In this document: positions 11,558 to 24,752 of the stretch, piece after piece | Layout of the letters: the number at the start of each line of letters is the position of its first letter | Numbering within the stretch: the first letter of the stretch is position 1 | Source of the DNA: Squalus acanthias | Taxonomy: Eukaryota | Assembly: GCA_030390025.1 (NCBI GenBank) | Contig: CM059427.1 | Coordinates: 20,956,001-21,020,000, forward strand | DNA length: 64,000 nt | Reading direction: 5' to 3' | The notes under the pieces: generated by a model | The model's database searches: none | What the model was told of the DNA's origin: nothing | Seen by the model: the letters and a program-made list of their open reading frames with translations, nothing else | Program-made: the position numbers and the translations under genes

Positions 11558-12825
11558 GTTTGGGTTCCGCCAAGCCCACTCGGTTCCCGACCTCATTACA
11601 GCCTTGGTCCAAACATGGACAAAGGAGCTGAATTCCAGAGGTGAGGTGAGAGTGACTGCCCTTGACATCAAGGCAGCATTTGACTGAGTTTGGCATCAAG
11701 GAGCCCTAGTAAAACTGAAGTCAATGGGAATCAGGGAAAACGCTCCACTGGCTGGAGTCATACCTAGCACAAAGGAAGATGGTTGTGGTGGTTGAAGGTC
11801 AATCACCACAGCCCCAGGACATCGCTGCAGGAGTTCATCAGGGCAGTGTCCTAGGCCCAACCATCTTCAGCTGCTTCATCAATGACCTTCCCTCCAACAT
11901 AAGGTCAGAAATGGGGATGTTCGCTGATGACTGCACAGTGTTCAGTGCCATTCTCAACTCCTCAGATAATGATGCAGTCCATGCCCGCATGCAACAATAC
12001 CTGGACGACGTTCAGGCTTAGGCTGATAAGTGGCAGGTAACATTCGCGCCACAGAAGTGCCAGGCAATGACTATCTCCAACAAGCGAGAGTCTAACCACC
12101 GCCCCTTGACATTCAACGGCATTACCATCAACATCCCCCACCATCAATATCCTGGGGGTCATCATTGACCAGAAACTTAACTGGACCAGCCACATAAATA
12201 CTGTGGCAACAAGAGCAGGTCAGAGGCTAGGTATTCTGCGGTGAGTGTCTTGCCTCCTGACTCCCCAAAGCCTTTCCACTATCTACAAGGCACAAGTAAG
12301 GAGTGTGATGGAATACTCTCTACTTACCTGGATGAGTGCAGCTCCAACAACACTCAAGAAGCTCGACACCATCCAGGACAAAGCAGCCCACTTGATTGGC
12401 ACCCCATCCACCACCTTAAACATTTACTCCCTCCACCACCGGCGTACCGTGGCTGCAGTGTGTACCATCTACAAGATGCACTGCAGCAACTCGCCAAGGA
12501 TTCTTCGGCAGCACCTCTCAAACCCATGACCTCTTCCACCTAGAAGGACAAGGGCAGCAGGCGCATGGGAACACCACCACCACCAAGTTCCCCTCCAAGT
12601 CACACACCATCCTGACTTAGAAGTATATCGCTGATCCTTCATCGTCACTGGGTCAAAATCCTGGAACTCCTTACCAAACAGAACTGTGGGAGTACCTTCA
12701 CCACACGGACTGCAGCGGTTCAAGAAGGCGGCTCACCATCACCTTCTCAAGGGCAATTAGGGATGGGCAATAAATGCTGGCCTTGCCAGCGACGCCCACA
12801 TCCCATAAATGAATTTTTAAAAAAC
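11558..12825 (+). mobile_element. CR1-group LINE 'family B', 5'-truncated, inside Harbinger A
   Basis: QGSVLGPTIFSCFINDLP, FADD, C-terminal region and A-rich tail. Confidence 0.9.
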
Positions 12826-13740
12826 TCATAAACCCTGCTACGATGACAGAAGTCTGAGCTTCCACTGCAGCAGTGAGACGTTGGGTCGTTTCCGCCTGTG
12901 CTGCAATGGATGCCGTGACGTCGCCCATCACACACAGCATCATGGCTGGGTCCACAAGGTCTCTCCTGGAGTGGTCTATCATTTCCAGCCTGGAAATCAT
13001 GTGCTCCAAGCTCTGCACAAAGCTCCGTCCAATGTTGGAGCCGGACTCCTCCATGCTCCTTAATACTGCCATTGCACCAATGATATCCGTGTGGATGTCC
13101 ATCACCCTTCTTCTGATGGCCGCCCTATCGAGGCCATCGTCTCAGTCGTGTGCTGCAGAACTTGCACGAGAACTCACCCTCCGGGCAGCTGGTCCCCGAG
13201 CTACCCTTTCTCTCTAACGTTGCAGCAGCCAACTTGTGCCCGGTGCCTCACCATGTGCAGATCCCGCCTCTATACTATATTTCGCGCACTACCAGTTTCT
13301 GAGCTGGTGTCTGCGAGTGTCAGATGCAGTGACAGTGTGCCTTCTTCTTCATCTCCACTTGCCTCCATGACCTTCGAGGACAGGCTGTGCTGGTGGCACT
13401 TCTTGGGTATTTGAAAGCAGAAAGGCACAAGAGCGGGTTGTGGTGAGGCAACGTTTGGAAAGCAAGATATCCTTATCACATTAGCAGCTTGTAAGTGAGA
13501 AGAGATTGTGGGATGAGGGGCAAGTGGGATGTGAGAAGAAGAATTAAGATTGAGCATACCGTTATTGTCCCCAAGGGCTTCAACTTTGCACATTGCCACA
13601 GCCTTGGTGACCTCCCCTCCAACGATGTCGAGCACTGTCTCCTCCAGTTGGTTCAAAGCCTGTAAAGTGGCTGGGGCACCTCCCGTCTGCCGCTGCTCCC
13701 GGCGGTTGTGAGCAACCTTGGCCTGCAAGAGAAAGGGAAG

Positions 13741-13849
13741 TGTGTCAGTGAGTGTGGTGCAATGTGTTTGGGTGATGTGTCAGTGAGTGTGGTGCAATGT
13801 GTTTGGGTGATGTGTCAGTGAGTGTGGTGCAATGTGTTTGGGTGATGTG
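13741..13849. repeat. 35-bp tandem repeat x3.1
   Basis: Unit TGTGTCAGTGAGTGTGGTGCAATGTGTTTGGGTGA starts at 13741, 13776 and 13811; it lies in intron 1 of the Myb gene. Confidence 0.95.
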
Positions 13850-15090
13850 CCTGTCATAGTTGAATAACTGTCAGTGTGTGCAAGGTGTGAGACGTGAGCG
13901 TGAGTGTTGGTAGGTTGATATTGTTGGTGGGTGAGTGATGGGGGTGTGGTGCATTGAGCAGTGTTGTGGTGCAGATGGTGGGATATGGCATTTGCTGAAG
14001 CCTTCGCTCACCTTGACCTGTCGTGTGAGGTCATTAAACTTCTTGCGGCACTGGATCCATGTCCGCGGTACGACACTGTTGGCTGTGACGTACGCAGCTA
14101 TCTCTTGCCACAGCCTTCTGGAAGTGTGCTTTGGTGGCTTCCTGCCAGAACAGGACAGCTCGGGAGAAACATTCGGTTGGTTTGCGCCTCCTGTTGAGCG
14201 GTGAGCCAACCAGCATTTAGCGCTGAGATCAGCGCTCCAATCATGTAAATGAGTAGGCAGCACGAATTTTGCATGCTGCCTGCAACACTTTGAACGGGTG
14301 CAGCCAAATAGCGCTGGCCTGTGAGACCACCCGTTTTCGGGCCATATCCAAATTCTAGGCCGTACTGGTTGGGAGCAGAGCTCTGCACAAGTGTGTTAGC
14401 ATGCATGTGCAGAGTTCTCTCATAGTTGTGGGAGTGCAATTCACAGTATGATATAGATGCAGCCAGCTGCCAACCTATTCTCTGCAGCTATTTATCTCAG
14501 TAGCACAATACAGTTGCAGCCTAAGTTAGAAAGCACAATGATCAAATGTCATTCTGTAAAATGTGACCTCACCAGTCAGCGATTATCTTGTAAACACATA
14601 TCCACCAAAGCTTTCTTTAATCAGGCCTACTTTTGCCTACTTAGAAATAAAGAATAATTTAATTATTTTTCAACACAACTGAAAAATATAAGCAGTCAGT
14701 AGTTTTGCTTTCAGTTTACAAGTCCAGCCCTGAGAGCTCAACCAAAAGTATATTACCTGCTCCAGAGACATGGGGCTGAAGTTGGGCTCAGTGGCTCATA
14801 TGAGACCCCTTAGGTTCCAAAATTATGTCTGTGGTGCACGCACGCGCACACTTCTGACGCAAAGTACACCAGATGCCATATTGGTAAGGGGGTGAGCGCG
14901 TGCATCTCACATCCGCTGGCAGCATGCAGAGCAGGCAGATCATGATGTCCACTGATTTGAAGCCAGCACTGCCATTTTGGACCTCCATACTCCAGTTTAC
15001 GCCCTCTCTTAATCTCACTCAGCTGAACACGACATTGAGCAGCATGAAAGACCCCCTACCAGTGCTATTTAAAGGGATCATCAACTACTT

Positions 15091-15490
15091 ATTCTTAGAA
15101 TAAGGGGCTGCTCTTTCAAAACTGAGATGAGGAGAAACTTCTTCACTCAGAGGGTAGTGGGTCTGTGGAATTTGCTGCCCCAGGAAGCTGTGGAAGCTAC
15201 ATCATTAAATAAATTTAAAACAGAAATAGACAGTTTCCTAGAAGTAAAGGGAATTAGGGGTTACGGGGAGCGGGCAGGAAATTGGACATGAGGCTGAGTT
15301 CGGATCGGTCGAGGCCCTGTGGGTGGCTTAGCGGGCCCAGGGGCTGAGTGGCCGGGTCCTGCTCCTACTTCTTGTGTTCTTTAGATTTGAGGTGAGGATC
15401 AGATCAGCCATGATCTTATTGAATGGCAGAGCAGGCTCGAAGGGCCGATTGGCCTACTCCTGCTCCTATTTCTTATGTTCTTATGTTCTT
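15091..15490 (+). mobile_element. CR1 3' fragment
   Basis: FKTEMRRNFFTQRVVGLWNLLPQ coding end plus tail (cttatgtt)n. Confidence 0.85.
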
Positions 15491-15664
15491 ACTTACAGGC
15501 TAGTTGCTGGTTTATTTCTTCTGGCTGCTGCTGCAATTCTAAATGTTTTGGGTGCTTTCTATAGTTGTTTAAAGTTTCAATAGTCTACAGGGGGTGGTGT
15601 GGCAGGTGCTGAAGGACTTTTCTGCTGACTTCAAGGCTGCTGCTCAAACCAGTTGCTTCCAGAC

Positions 15665-16740
15665 ATGGGTTGCCTAGTTGGCCTTCCTCTTAGCATTCAG
15701 CATGTCTGGGAGAATAAGCAACAGCCACGCAGAGCAGGACAAACTGCTAGAGGGGGGAGGAGGAGGAGGGGGAGAAGGGTTCTCGGCAGGAGGCCGTATC
15801 TGCAGAGGGTGTTTAGCTGGGCAATTCTCCTCCCTGAACTTCAGCGACGACCAATTCTTGAGATGTCTGCGCTTCACTAAGGATAGGTCCTCACTGAAAT
15901 CTGCCACCTGCTGCAGCCACAATTCCAACCTCAGAGCAGGGCAAGGACCGCAATGCCTGTGGCTGTCAAGGTGACCGTGGCAATCGACTTTCATGTGTCT
16001 GGTTCCTTCCAGGCAGCTGCTGGAGATATTAGCAACACCTCACAGTTTGCGGTGCACTGCTGCATAAGGGAGGTCACTGAGGCTCTCTATGCAAAGAGAG
16101 ACAGCTTCAACTCCTTCTGTCTTGCCAGAGACAAGCAGGTGGAGTGAGCACGAGGGTTTGCAAGAATTGCTGGCTTCCCATGGTGCAGAGTACCATTGAC
16201 TGCACACACATTGCTTGCGTGTGCCTCATGTCAAACCGAAAGGGATTCCACTCCCTCAACGTGAGCTGGTGTGTGACCATAGGTAGCACAACATGCAGGT
16301 CTATGTCCGGTATCCTGGCAGCATTCACTCTGCCGCAGTCCTCTGTGCCAGCTGCATTCCAACCACAACGGCAAACCAAAGGTTGGCTACTGGGTGACAA
16401 CGGCTATCCGCTGATGACATCGCTCATGACTCCGGTCCGCAACCCATGCATACGTGCACAGCAGGCATACACTGAGAGCTATGTTGCCACAAGAAATCTG
16501 ATAGAGCAAACCATTGGCGTCCAGAAGCAATAATTCCACTGCCTGGACTGCTCTAGAGGAGCCCTGCAGTACTGGGCTGAGCCAGCCTCACGATTTGTCG
16601 TGGAATGTTGAATGCTGCACAACCTCGCAATCATGAGGGGACATCCCTTGCCACCATTTATCAGGCAAGAAGCTGATAGGAGCACGAGGAGGAGGAGGTG
16701 GAAGAGTAAGGGAGGCTGCAACCTAGACAGCTCCTTTCTG
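15665..16740 (+). pseudogene. Harbinger (HARBI1-like) DDE transposase pseudogene
   Basis: LRFTK; KVTVAIDFHVSGSFQAAAGDIS..SQFAVHCCIREVTEAL; GFPMVQSTIDCTHI; NRKGFHSLNV; GWLLGDNGYPL; TRNLIEQTIG; MLHNLA. Contains stops and frameshifts. Confidence 0.9.
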
Positions 16741-17149
16741 CCTGGGCTCTACATGAACAAATAATTCAAGAGCAATACCAGTAAACTCAACCCCAATTCT
16801 CCATTCACCAACATTCCCACACTCCTTACTTTCCCTTCATCACTGACCATCACATTGTCCTCTTGGTCACAATACAAAAATAAAAGCCAGCACAAAATAC
16901 ACATTGCAATCCAAATTCATAAATTAAATGATGCCATAATGCAGACAAAAATAAACTAATCACCCTTGTGCATTCCCGTAGTGCCTCTTCCATGTGCCCT
17001 TGCCTGTCCTAGCGCTCCTACAAGGTGCTACCCCAGTGGCTGCAGCAAGGCTGGTGGAAGGCTGCTGATGTTCAGTGGAGAAGACTTGGAGGATGACGTC
17101 TAGCAGCTCTGGGCCTAGAAAACCCGGCTTCAGACTGCACCATCTTTGC

Positions 17150-17517
17150 ATGGGCGACAGCAGTCTGGGCTGGGCAACAGCGGTCTGGGCTGGGCGACAG
17201 TGGTCTGGGCTGGGCGACAGCGGTCTGGGCTGGGCGACAGCAGTCTCGGCATGGGCGACCGCGGTCTCGGCATGGGCGACAGCAGTCTGGGCTGGGCGAC
17301 AGCAGTCTGGGCTGGGTGACAGCAGTCTGGGCTGGGCGACAGCAGTCTGGCATGGGCGACAGCAGTCTCGGCATGGGCGACAGCAGTCTGGCATGGGCAA
17401 CAGCGGTCTGGCATGGGCGACAGCAGTCTGGGCTGGGCGACAGCAGTCTGGGCTGGGCGACAGCAGTCTGGGCTGGGCGACAGCAGTCTGGACTGGGCGA
17501 CAGCAGTCTGGGCTGGC
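17150..17517. repeat. GC-rich minisatellite, 20/21-bp unit, ~18 copies
   Basis: Unit TGGGCGACAGCAGTCTGGGC with 21-bp variant ATGGGCGACAGCAGTCTCGGC. Confidence 0.95.
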
Positions 17518-17794
17518 TGGCTGACAGGCAACAGCAAGGGCTCTGGCGGAGTGGCAGGGGTGCGAGCACGAAAGCTGTCACCCGGAGAAATGACAGCAGG
17601 TTCGTGCTCCACGGAGCCATGGCCACTCTCCTGGGGCGGTGCCTCAGCAATCCTAGTAATCTATTGGAGGACAGATTGCTGGACTGCTGTGACATTCTGG
17701 AAGTCCCTTTGAACACTGGTATCCAGAGCCATGATGGCAGCAGTCTGAGCTTCCACTGCAGCACTCAGATGTTGGGTGGCTGCTGCTTGTGCTG

Positions 17795-19990
17795 CGAGAC
17801 CAGGGTAATAGATTGGAGCAAAGCTAATTTTGAGGGGCTGAGAATAGAACTTGGGAAAATAAAATAGACAACAATATTGGCAAGCATTGAGGTAGAACAG
17901 CAATGGGAAACATTTAAAACGGTGCTCAACAGAGCCAAGGAAAAATATATTACACTAAAAAAAAGAACAAACTAAACACTAATAAGACACCAGGGATGAA
18001 TAAAGACAAAAGGGAAAAATTAAGGGTAAGGAAAGAGACATACACTAAGTACATGGACAGCAGGGGCTGAGCATGACAAGGAAAAATATGAAAAGACTAG
18101 GAGAGCAGTTAAAAAAAGTAATTAGGAAGACAGAGAGGAACTACAAAATTAAATTATCAAGAAACATAAAACAAAATAATAAAATATTGTACAGGAGCAT
18201 AAATAAAAAATGGAAAGTTGGGATGGAAATAGGGCCACTAAGGGCTGGTCAGGATAAAATCACAGGCAGCGATAGTGAAATGGCAGAAATATTAAATCAT
18301 TATTTTGCTTCAGTAATTACCAGGGGAACGGATCAGGTGGACATGACGTCGGATGATGAGATTAGAAATGATATAACTGCATTTAAAATAAAAAGAGGAG
18401 AAATATTTAATAAACTAATCAAACTCAAAGAGGATAAAACCCCTGGTCCAGACAGATTGCATCCGCGCATTTTAAAAGAATCTAGGGAAGAGATAGCAGA
18501 GGCACTATTACACATAGTTAATAATTTGTTAGAAAAAGGTGTAGTTCCAGAGGACTGGCAGATAGCTAACATTATACCTATATTTTAAAAGGGAGATAAA
18601 ACATGTCCAGGGAACTATAGACCAGTCAGCTTAACATCGGTAATAGGAAAAATAATGGAATCCCTACTAAAGGAGAAAATAGAAAAACATCTAGAAACCA
18701 AAAATATATTAATGAATAGTCAACATTGATTTCAAAAGGGAAAGTCTTGCTTGTCCAACCTCATTGAATTCTTTGAAGAGGTAAAAGAGAGAGGAGACAA
18801 GGGTAATGTAGTAGATGTAATATATCTAGATTGTCCAAAAGGCCTTCGATAAGGTACTACATAATAGACTAATGAATAAGGTTAGAGCATGCAGAGTCAG
18901 GGGACAAGTAGCAGAATGGATAGCTAGCTGGCATCAAGACGGAAAGCAGAGAATAGAGGTAAAGGGTAGCTATTCATAGTTGGGAAGTGGGGTCCCACAA
19001 GGATCAATACTGGGAGCTCAATTTATATTAATGATTTAGATTTTGGAATCAAAAACACAATTTCTAAGTTTGCGGACGACACCAAATTGGGAGGGATAGT
19101 CAACACTGAGGAGGACTGCAACAAATTACAAGAAGACATTAATAAACTTGCAGAATGGGCATATAATTTGGAAATGAATTTCAATAGAGATAAGTGTGAG
19201 GTATTACATTTTGGTAAGAAAAATAAGGAGGCCACATATTACTTCGAAAATAAGAATCTGAATGGGGTAGAGGAGCAAAGGGATCTGGGAATACAAATAC
19301 ACAAATCACTGAAAGTTGTGACGTAGGTTAATAAGGTCATAACAAAAAACAAACCAAGCACTAGGGTTTATTTCTAGAGGGATAAAATTGAAAAGTAAAG
19401 AAGTTGTGCTAAACCTGTATTGAACCTTGGTTAGACCACACTTGGAGTACAGCGTACAGTTCTGGTTGCCATAAGAGGATATAGAAGCACTCGAGAGGGT
19501 GCAAAAAAGATTTACAAGGATGAGACCAGAAATGCGAGGTTATACCTAACAGCAAAGGATGAACAGGCTGGGTCTCTTTTCTCTTGACAATAGAGGGCTG
19601 AGGGGTGGCCTAATCGAGGTCTTTAAATTTATGAAAGGTTTTGATAGAGTAGATACAGAGTTTCCACTTGTGGGGAAGAGCAAAACTAGAGGCCATCAAT
19701 ATAAGATAGTCACCAAGAAATCAAGTAGGGAATTCAGAAGAAACTTCTTTACCCAGAGAGAGGTGAAAATGTGGAACTCGCTACCACAGGAGTAGTTGAG
19801 GCGAATAGTATAGACGCATTTAAGGGGAATCTAGATAAGCATATGAGGGAGAAGGGAATAGAGGGTTATGCTGCTAAAGTTAGATGAGGAAGGATGAGAG
19901 GAGGCTCGAGTGGAGCATAAATGCCAGCATGGACTGGTTGGGCCGAATGGCCTGTTTCTGTATTGTATATTCTATGTAATCCTATGTAAT
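17795..19990 (+). mobile_element. CR1 LINE (AT-rich subfamily), 5'-truncated and degraded
   Basis: KTPGPDRLHPRILKE, NYRPVSLTS, SKFADDTKLGG and C-terminal motifs, with stops; tail (ctatgtaat)n. Confidence 0.9.
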
Positions 19991-22207
19991 GGAAGCTGAG
20001 ACATCGGCTATCAGACACTGCATCATGGTTGGTTCCAACAAGTGTGTTGATGGAGTTGGCCACCTGTTCCTTGCTGGAAAGGATGGGCTCCAAGCTCTGC
20101 ACAAAGCCCTATGCCAAGTTGGTGGCGGATTTCTCCATGCTCCTTGACATTGAACACAGGCTTTCTGGCAGGCTTCCCAATGCACCAAGCATTTGGGTGA
20201 GTACACCCATCAGCCGTCTTCTGTAGCTTGGCCCATCAAAGTCCTCATTTGAGTCCTCTGCAACAGAACTAGTGTGTGAGCTCCACCTCCGGCAAGCTGG
20301 CACCTGCACTATCCTTTCCCCCTGCCCTACCTGCAGCGCACTTGTGCCCGGTGTCTCACTAGGTGCAGATCCCGGCTCTATGCTATCCTCTAAATTATGC
20401 ACAGTGTCAGTATCTGAGCTGATGGCTGCAACTGTGAAATAAAGTGACGATGTGTCTTCATCTTCACTGCTATACAGCTCTTCCACCACTGCCTGGGCAG
20501 GTTGCAGTTCTTGGGTATTTGAAATGAAAAAGGGACAAGGGTTGGGTTGTGGTGAGGGGAGAGGAGAAAGTAAGAAGTGCCTGCTTACACTATCTGCAGC
20601 TGGTAAGTCAGAAGAGATTGAGGGATGTGGAAAAGAAGATTAGGTATGAGGATACCATCATCTTCAGTGGCTTTCGCCCTGTCGGTGGCCACAGCCTCAG
20701 CAATGCCCTTCCCCATAATGGCCAGCACCGACTCCTCCATGGGGGTCAGAACATGCAGGCGTGCCTCGCCCCCTCCGGTCTGTTCCTGCTGCCTCTTGTT
20801 CTGCGCTACATTCTCCAGCAAGAGAGAGAAGTGTGTCATTGAGTGTCGTGCAATCTGTTTGGGTGCTGTCATGGTTGAATAGCTGCCATTGTGTGCAAGT
20901 TGTAAGATGGGGGTGTGAGGCTAGCAAAAGTGCAAAGTGTGTGAGAGTGAGGTAAATCATATGAATGGTAGGGTTGAGTCCTTATTGGTAGAGATTGTTG
21001 ATAGGTGAGTGATGGGGGTGTGGTGAATTGAGCAGTGTGTGAGGCTAGTGGTGCAGTTGTAGGATATGGCATTTGAAGATGCATTCACTGACCTCAACCA
21101 CTGTGTGAAATCATTAAACTTCTTCCAGCACTGCATCCAGGTCCTTGGGCTATACTGCCTCCTGAGCATATGTCTGGAGGGCGCCCTGCCCCTTTGTGGA
21201 TACAGGTCATCTCTCCTCCTTTCCACCTACTCCACCAAGACCTCCAGTGCAGTGTCTGAAAACTTGGGTGCCCGTGATGAGCCATTCTTCACTTTTCCCC
21301 AGTCAGATTCTCTTGGAGAACGACTCCCAGGATCTGCTCCAGCCACAATGCAGCTCCCCTTTAAGAGGTGCAGGCTAGCTTTAAATAGTGCAGGCTAGCT
21401 TTAATTAGTGCCAGGCAGTAGCGATATTGGGCCCTTGCTGATGCCAATGAACAGTGCGGGGAGTGTGGCTGCATGCAGAAATCATTATAATGAGCAAGCA
21501 GCACGAAGTTGGCGTGCTGCCTGCATTCCACTCAAAGAGCGTGGGTTAATCGTGTATCGCAATCCCTGCGCCCGTTTTTGGGGGCGAACCAATTTAACCC
21601 CCACTGCATCTATCTGTATCCAGATAATCTAATCTAGCTGGTCTTCGCTTGATTTGACATTTAGTTTTTAATATATTTTCTAACAACACAGGTGAAGTTT
21701 TAGAACTGTTCATATTCATTAGCAAAGCTGAAGCTTTAACATCAGAAAACTGAAGAGAACTCACTACCATAGGCAATGATTTGGTCATGTACTTCAGTAT
21801 AACTAGAAATGAAATTGTTACTATGTGCCAGTGAGTATCTTAGGTCCTATCAAGTAAACACTGTTGGAAAAGGCAATGTAAAACAGCAAATGAACATACC
21901 TAAATAATGCATATTGCAGAAGAAAAAAAATAAATTAAGATTCGCCCCTGAGGAGCGTTTAAGTGCAGTTCATTTGTACAGAGGGCTAGTTATTTTATAT
22001 ATACTTGATAATCCTAGACCTAATTTTACAAAAGGGCGTAAAGAATGGTTCAAATATACAGTATGTGATACACAGTATTGTAATTTGCCCCAATTTAAGC
22101 TTCTAAATGAATATTTCATTTGGATGAAATTCCTGTTGACAAATAGAGTAACAGCTTTTTTCAAACCACATATGTAATCTTTACATTCAAGGTACTTTTG
22201 AATGGTT

Positions 22208-22278
22208 TGAACGCTCCTGTGAAGTGCTTTGGGACGTTTTACTACATTAAAGCACTGTATTATTACAAGTTGTTGTTG
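22208..22278 (+). mobile_element. L2-type 3' tail remnant
   Basis: ctcctgtgaagtgctttgggacgttttt-actacattaaag...ttgttgttg matches the L2 tail at 4690-4760. Confidence 0.6.
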
Positions 22279-22659
22279 GTTTTAAAAGGCTAAAGACTTT
22301 TTTTCTATCAGACTGTATCTTTAAATTGCTTTAATAATCTTTACATTGTAAAATTGTGGTATACTCATGTCTCCATTGCCATATATAATTCTCTGAACTG
22401 CTGCTTTGCCTTGTCTGGCTTGTAGGCAAGAAATTCTCGATGATCAATAAGTCTGACATTAGCATTCCTAAAACATTATATTATAATTTGTCCTAAACTA
22501 CTTACTTCAAGTCAGTAGTTGAAGACTTTACTGATGAAAATCTATTTAAAATCACTGCATTTTCTATAAATATACAGCAAAATAATTGCATAAATATTGG
22601 TGATTTACACAGACTGGCTATGGCAAATGCAGTTTTTGAAGGGATGAGATTAACATTAA

Positions 22660-24752
22660 AGGGAATTCAAAAGTCTTCTATAGGCATATAAATACTAAAT
22701 GGGTAGTAAGAAGAGGGGTGGGGCCAATTAGGGACCAAAAAGGAGACCTACGCATGGAGACAGAGGGCGTGGCTGAGGTACTAAGTGAATATTTTGCATC
22801 TGTCTTCACCAAGGAAGAAGATGCTGCCAAAGTCATAGTGAAAGAGGAGGTAGTGGAGATACTGGATGAGATAAAAATTGATAAAGAGGAGGTACTAGAA
22901 AGGCTGTCTCTACTTAAAGTTGATATGTCACAAGGACCGGATGGGATGCATCCTAGGATGCTGAGGGAAGTTAAGGAGGAAATCGCGGAGGTACTGGCCA
23001 TAATCTTCCAATCGTCCTTAGATACGGGGGTGGTGCCAGAGGACTGAAGAATTGCAAATGTTACACCCTTGTTCAAAAAAGGTTGTAAGGATAAACCCAG
23101 CAAGTACAGGCCAGTCAGTTTAACCTCGGTAGTGGGGAAGCTTTTAGAAACGATAATCAGGGACAAAGTTAACAGTCACTTGGACAAGTGTGGATTAATT
23201 AAGGAAAGCCAGCACAGATTTGTTAAAGGCAAATCGTGTTTAATTAACTTGATCGAGTTTTTTGATGAGGTAACAGAGAGGGTTGATGAGGGCAATGCGG
23301 TTGACGTGGTGTACATGGACTTCCAAAAGGCGTTTGATAAAGTACCACATAATAGGCTTGCCAGCAAAGTTGAAGCCCATGGATATAAATATAAATGACC
23401 TGGATATTGGAATACAGAGTAGAATTTCTAAATTTGTCGATGGCACCAAACTTGGGGGTGTGGCAAACAGTGAGGATGATACCAAGCGACTGCAACAGGA
23501 CATAGAAAGGCTAGCAGAATGGGCAGACAAGTGGCAGATGGAATTTAATACAGAGAAGTGTGAGGTAATGCATTTTGGCAGAAGGAACAGGGAGAGGCAA
23601 TATACACTTAATGGCACAGTTTTAAAGAGTGTGCAGGGACCTGGGAGTAAATGTGCATAGGTCGCTGAAGGTGGCAGGACATATTGAGAAAGTGGTTAGC
23701 AAAGCATATGGGATCTTGGGCTTCATAAATAGAGGTAATGAGTACAAAAGTAGAGAAGTTATGCTGAACCTTTATAAAGTGCTGGTTAGGCCACAACTGG
23801 AGTGTTGCATCCAGTTCTGGTCACCACACTTTAGGAAGGATGTGAAGGCACTTGAGAGGGTGCAGAGGAGATTTACCAGAATGGTTCCGGGGATGGGGGA
23901 TCTTAGCTACAAGGACAGGTTGGAGAAGCTGGATTTGTTTTCATTAGAGCAAAGAAGGTTGAGGGGTGATTTGATAGAGGTGTACAAGATTATGATGGGT
24001 TTGGATAGGCTAGACGGGGAAAGGCTATTCCCACTAGTTGATGGTACAAGGACTAGGGGACACAGATTTAAGGTTTTGGGCAAGAGATACAGGGGGTTGT
24101 GAGGAAAAACTTTTTTACGCAGCGAGTGGTGACCTGGAACTTGCTGCCGACGGAAGTGCTGGAAGCGGAGACACTCAATGTTTTCAAGGGGAGACTGGAT
24201 AGGCACTTGAGGGAAATAAACTTGCAGGGCTACGGGGGTAGAGCAGGGGAATGGGACTGATTGGATTGCTCAACAGAGAGCTGGCATGGACTCGATGGGC
24301 CGAATAGCCTCCTTCTGTGCTGTTATGACTCTATGACCCATGGAATAAAAGGGACAGTGGCAGCATGGATACGAAATTAGCTAAGTGACATGAAACAGAG
24401 AGTAGTGGTGAACGGTTGTTTTTCGGACTGGAGGAAGGTACACAGTGGTGTTCCCCAGGGGTCGGTTCTAGGTTCACTGCTTTTCTTGATATATATTAAT
24501 GACTTGGACTTGGGTGTACAGGGCACAATTTCAAAATTTGCAGATGACACAAGACTTGGAAGTTAGTGAACAGTGAGGAGGATAGTGATAGATTTCAAGA
24601 GGACATCGACAGGCTGGTGGAATGGGCGAACACGTGGCAGATGAAATTTAATGCAGAAAAGTGCAAAGTGATACATTTTGGTAGGAAGAACGAGGAGAGG
24701 CAATATAAACGAAAGGGTACAATCCTAAAGGGGGTGCATGAACAGAGAGGTT
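22660..24752 (+). mobile_element. CR1 ORF2 fragment (22660-23383 and 24337-24752) hosting a nested CR1
   Basis: RT motifs continue across the insertion: KVEAHG | IKGTVAAWI...GVPQGSVLG. Confidence 0.85.
23384..24336 (+). mobile_element. 5'-truncated CR1 nested in CR1
   Basis: Runs from INDL to a tail (ctatgact)n; flanked by the direct repeat CCCATGGA (23376-23383, 24337-24344). Confidence 0.85.

Larger units (their letters stand above)
11150..14200 (-). pseudogene. Harbinger Myb/SANT DNA-binding gene (3 exons: ~14200-14012, 13722-13560, from ~13410), disrupted
   Basis: LWQEIAAYVTANSVVPRTWIQCRKKFNDL then GT donor; next exon AKVAHNRREQRQTGG with CAG acceptor and GT donor; last exon is split by a LINE. 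Confidence 0.75.
10519..14362. mobile_element. Decayed PIF/Harbinger transposon A (internally deleted, LINE inserted)
   Basis: TIRs CGGCCTAGAAATTGGA / CGGCCTAGAATTTGGA (15/16); contains a transposase fragment (+) and a Myb/SANT gene (-) in convergent orientation. Confidence 0.8.
16960..21290 (-). pseudogene. Harbinger Myb/SANT gene of element B, disrupted
   Basis: VERRRDDLYP...PRTWMQCWKKFNDF (exon 1, to ~21093); VAQNKRQQEQTGGGEARLHVLTPMEESVLAIMG (exon 2); acidic/Ser-rich last exon split by CR1. Confidence 0.75.
14772..21602. mobile_element. Decayed near-complete PIF/Harbinger transposon B with two CR1 insertions
   Basis: Imperfect TIRs GGGGCTGAAGTTGG / GGGGGTTAAATTGG; transposase (+) and Myb gene (-) are convergent; homologous to element A. 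Confidence 0.7.

Noticed and set aside
13741-13849. 35-bp repeats of CRISPR-like length
   Set aside because: Head-to-tail with no spacers, in eukaryotic DNA, with no cas genes.
15665-16740. Domesticated HARBI1 host gene
   Set aside because: Multiple stops and frameshifts, bounded by TIRs and paired with a Myb gene, so it is a transposon pseudogene.
16960-17867. Long overlapping ORFs of repetitive peptide
   Set aside because: Artefact of a stop-poor 20/21-bp minisatellite.
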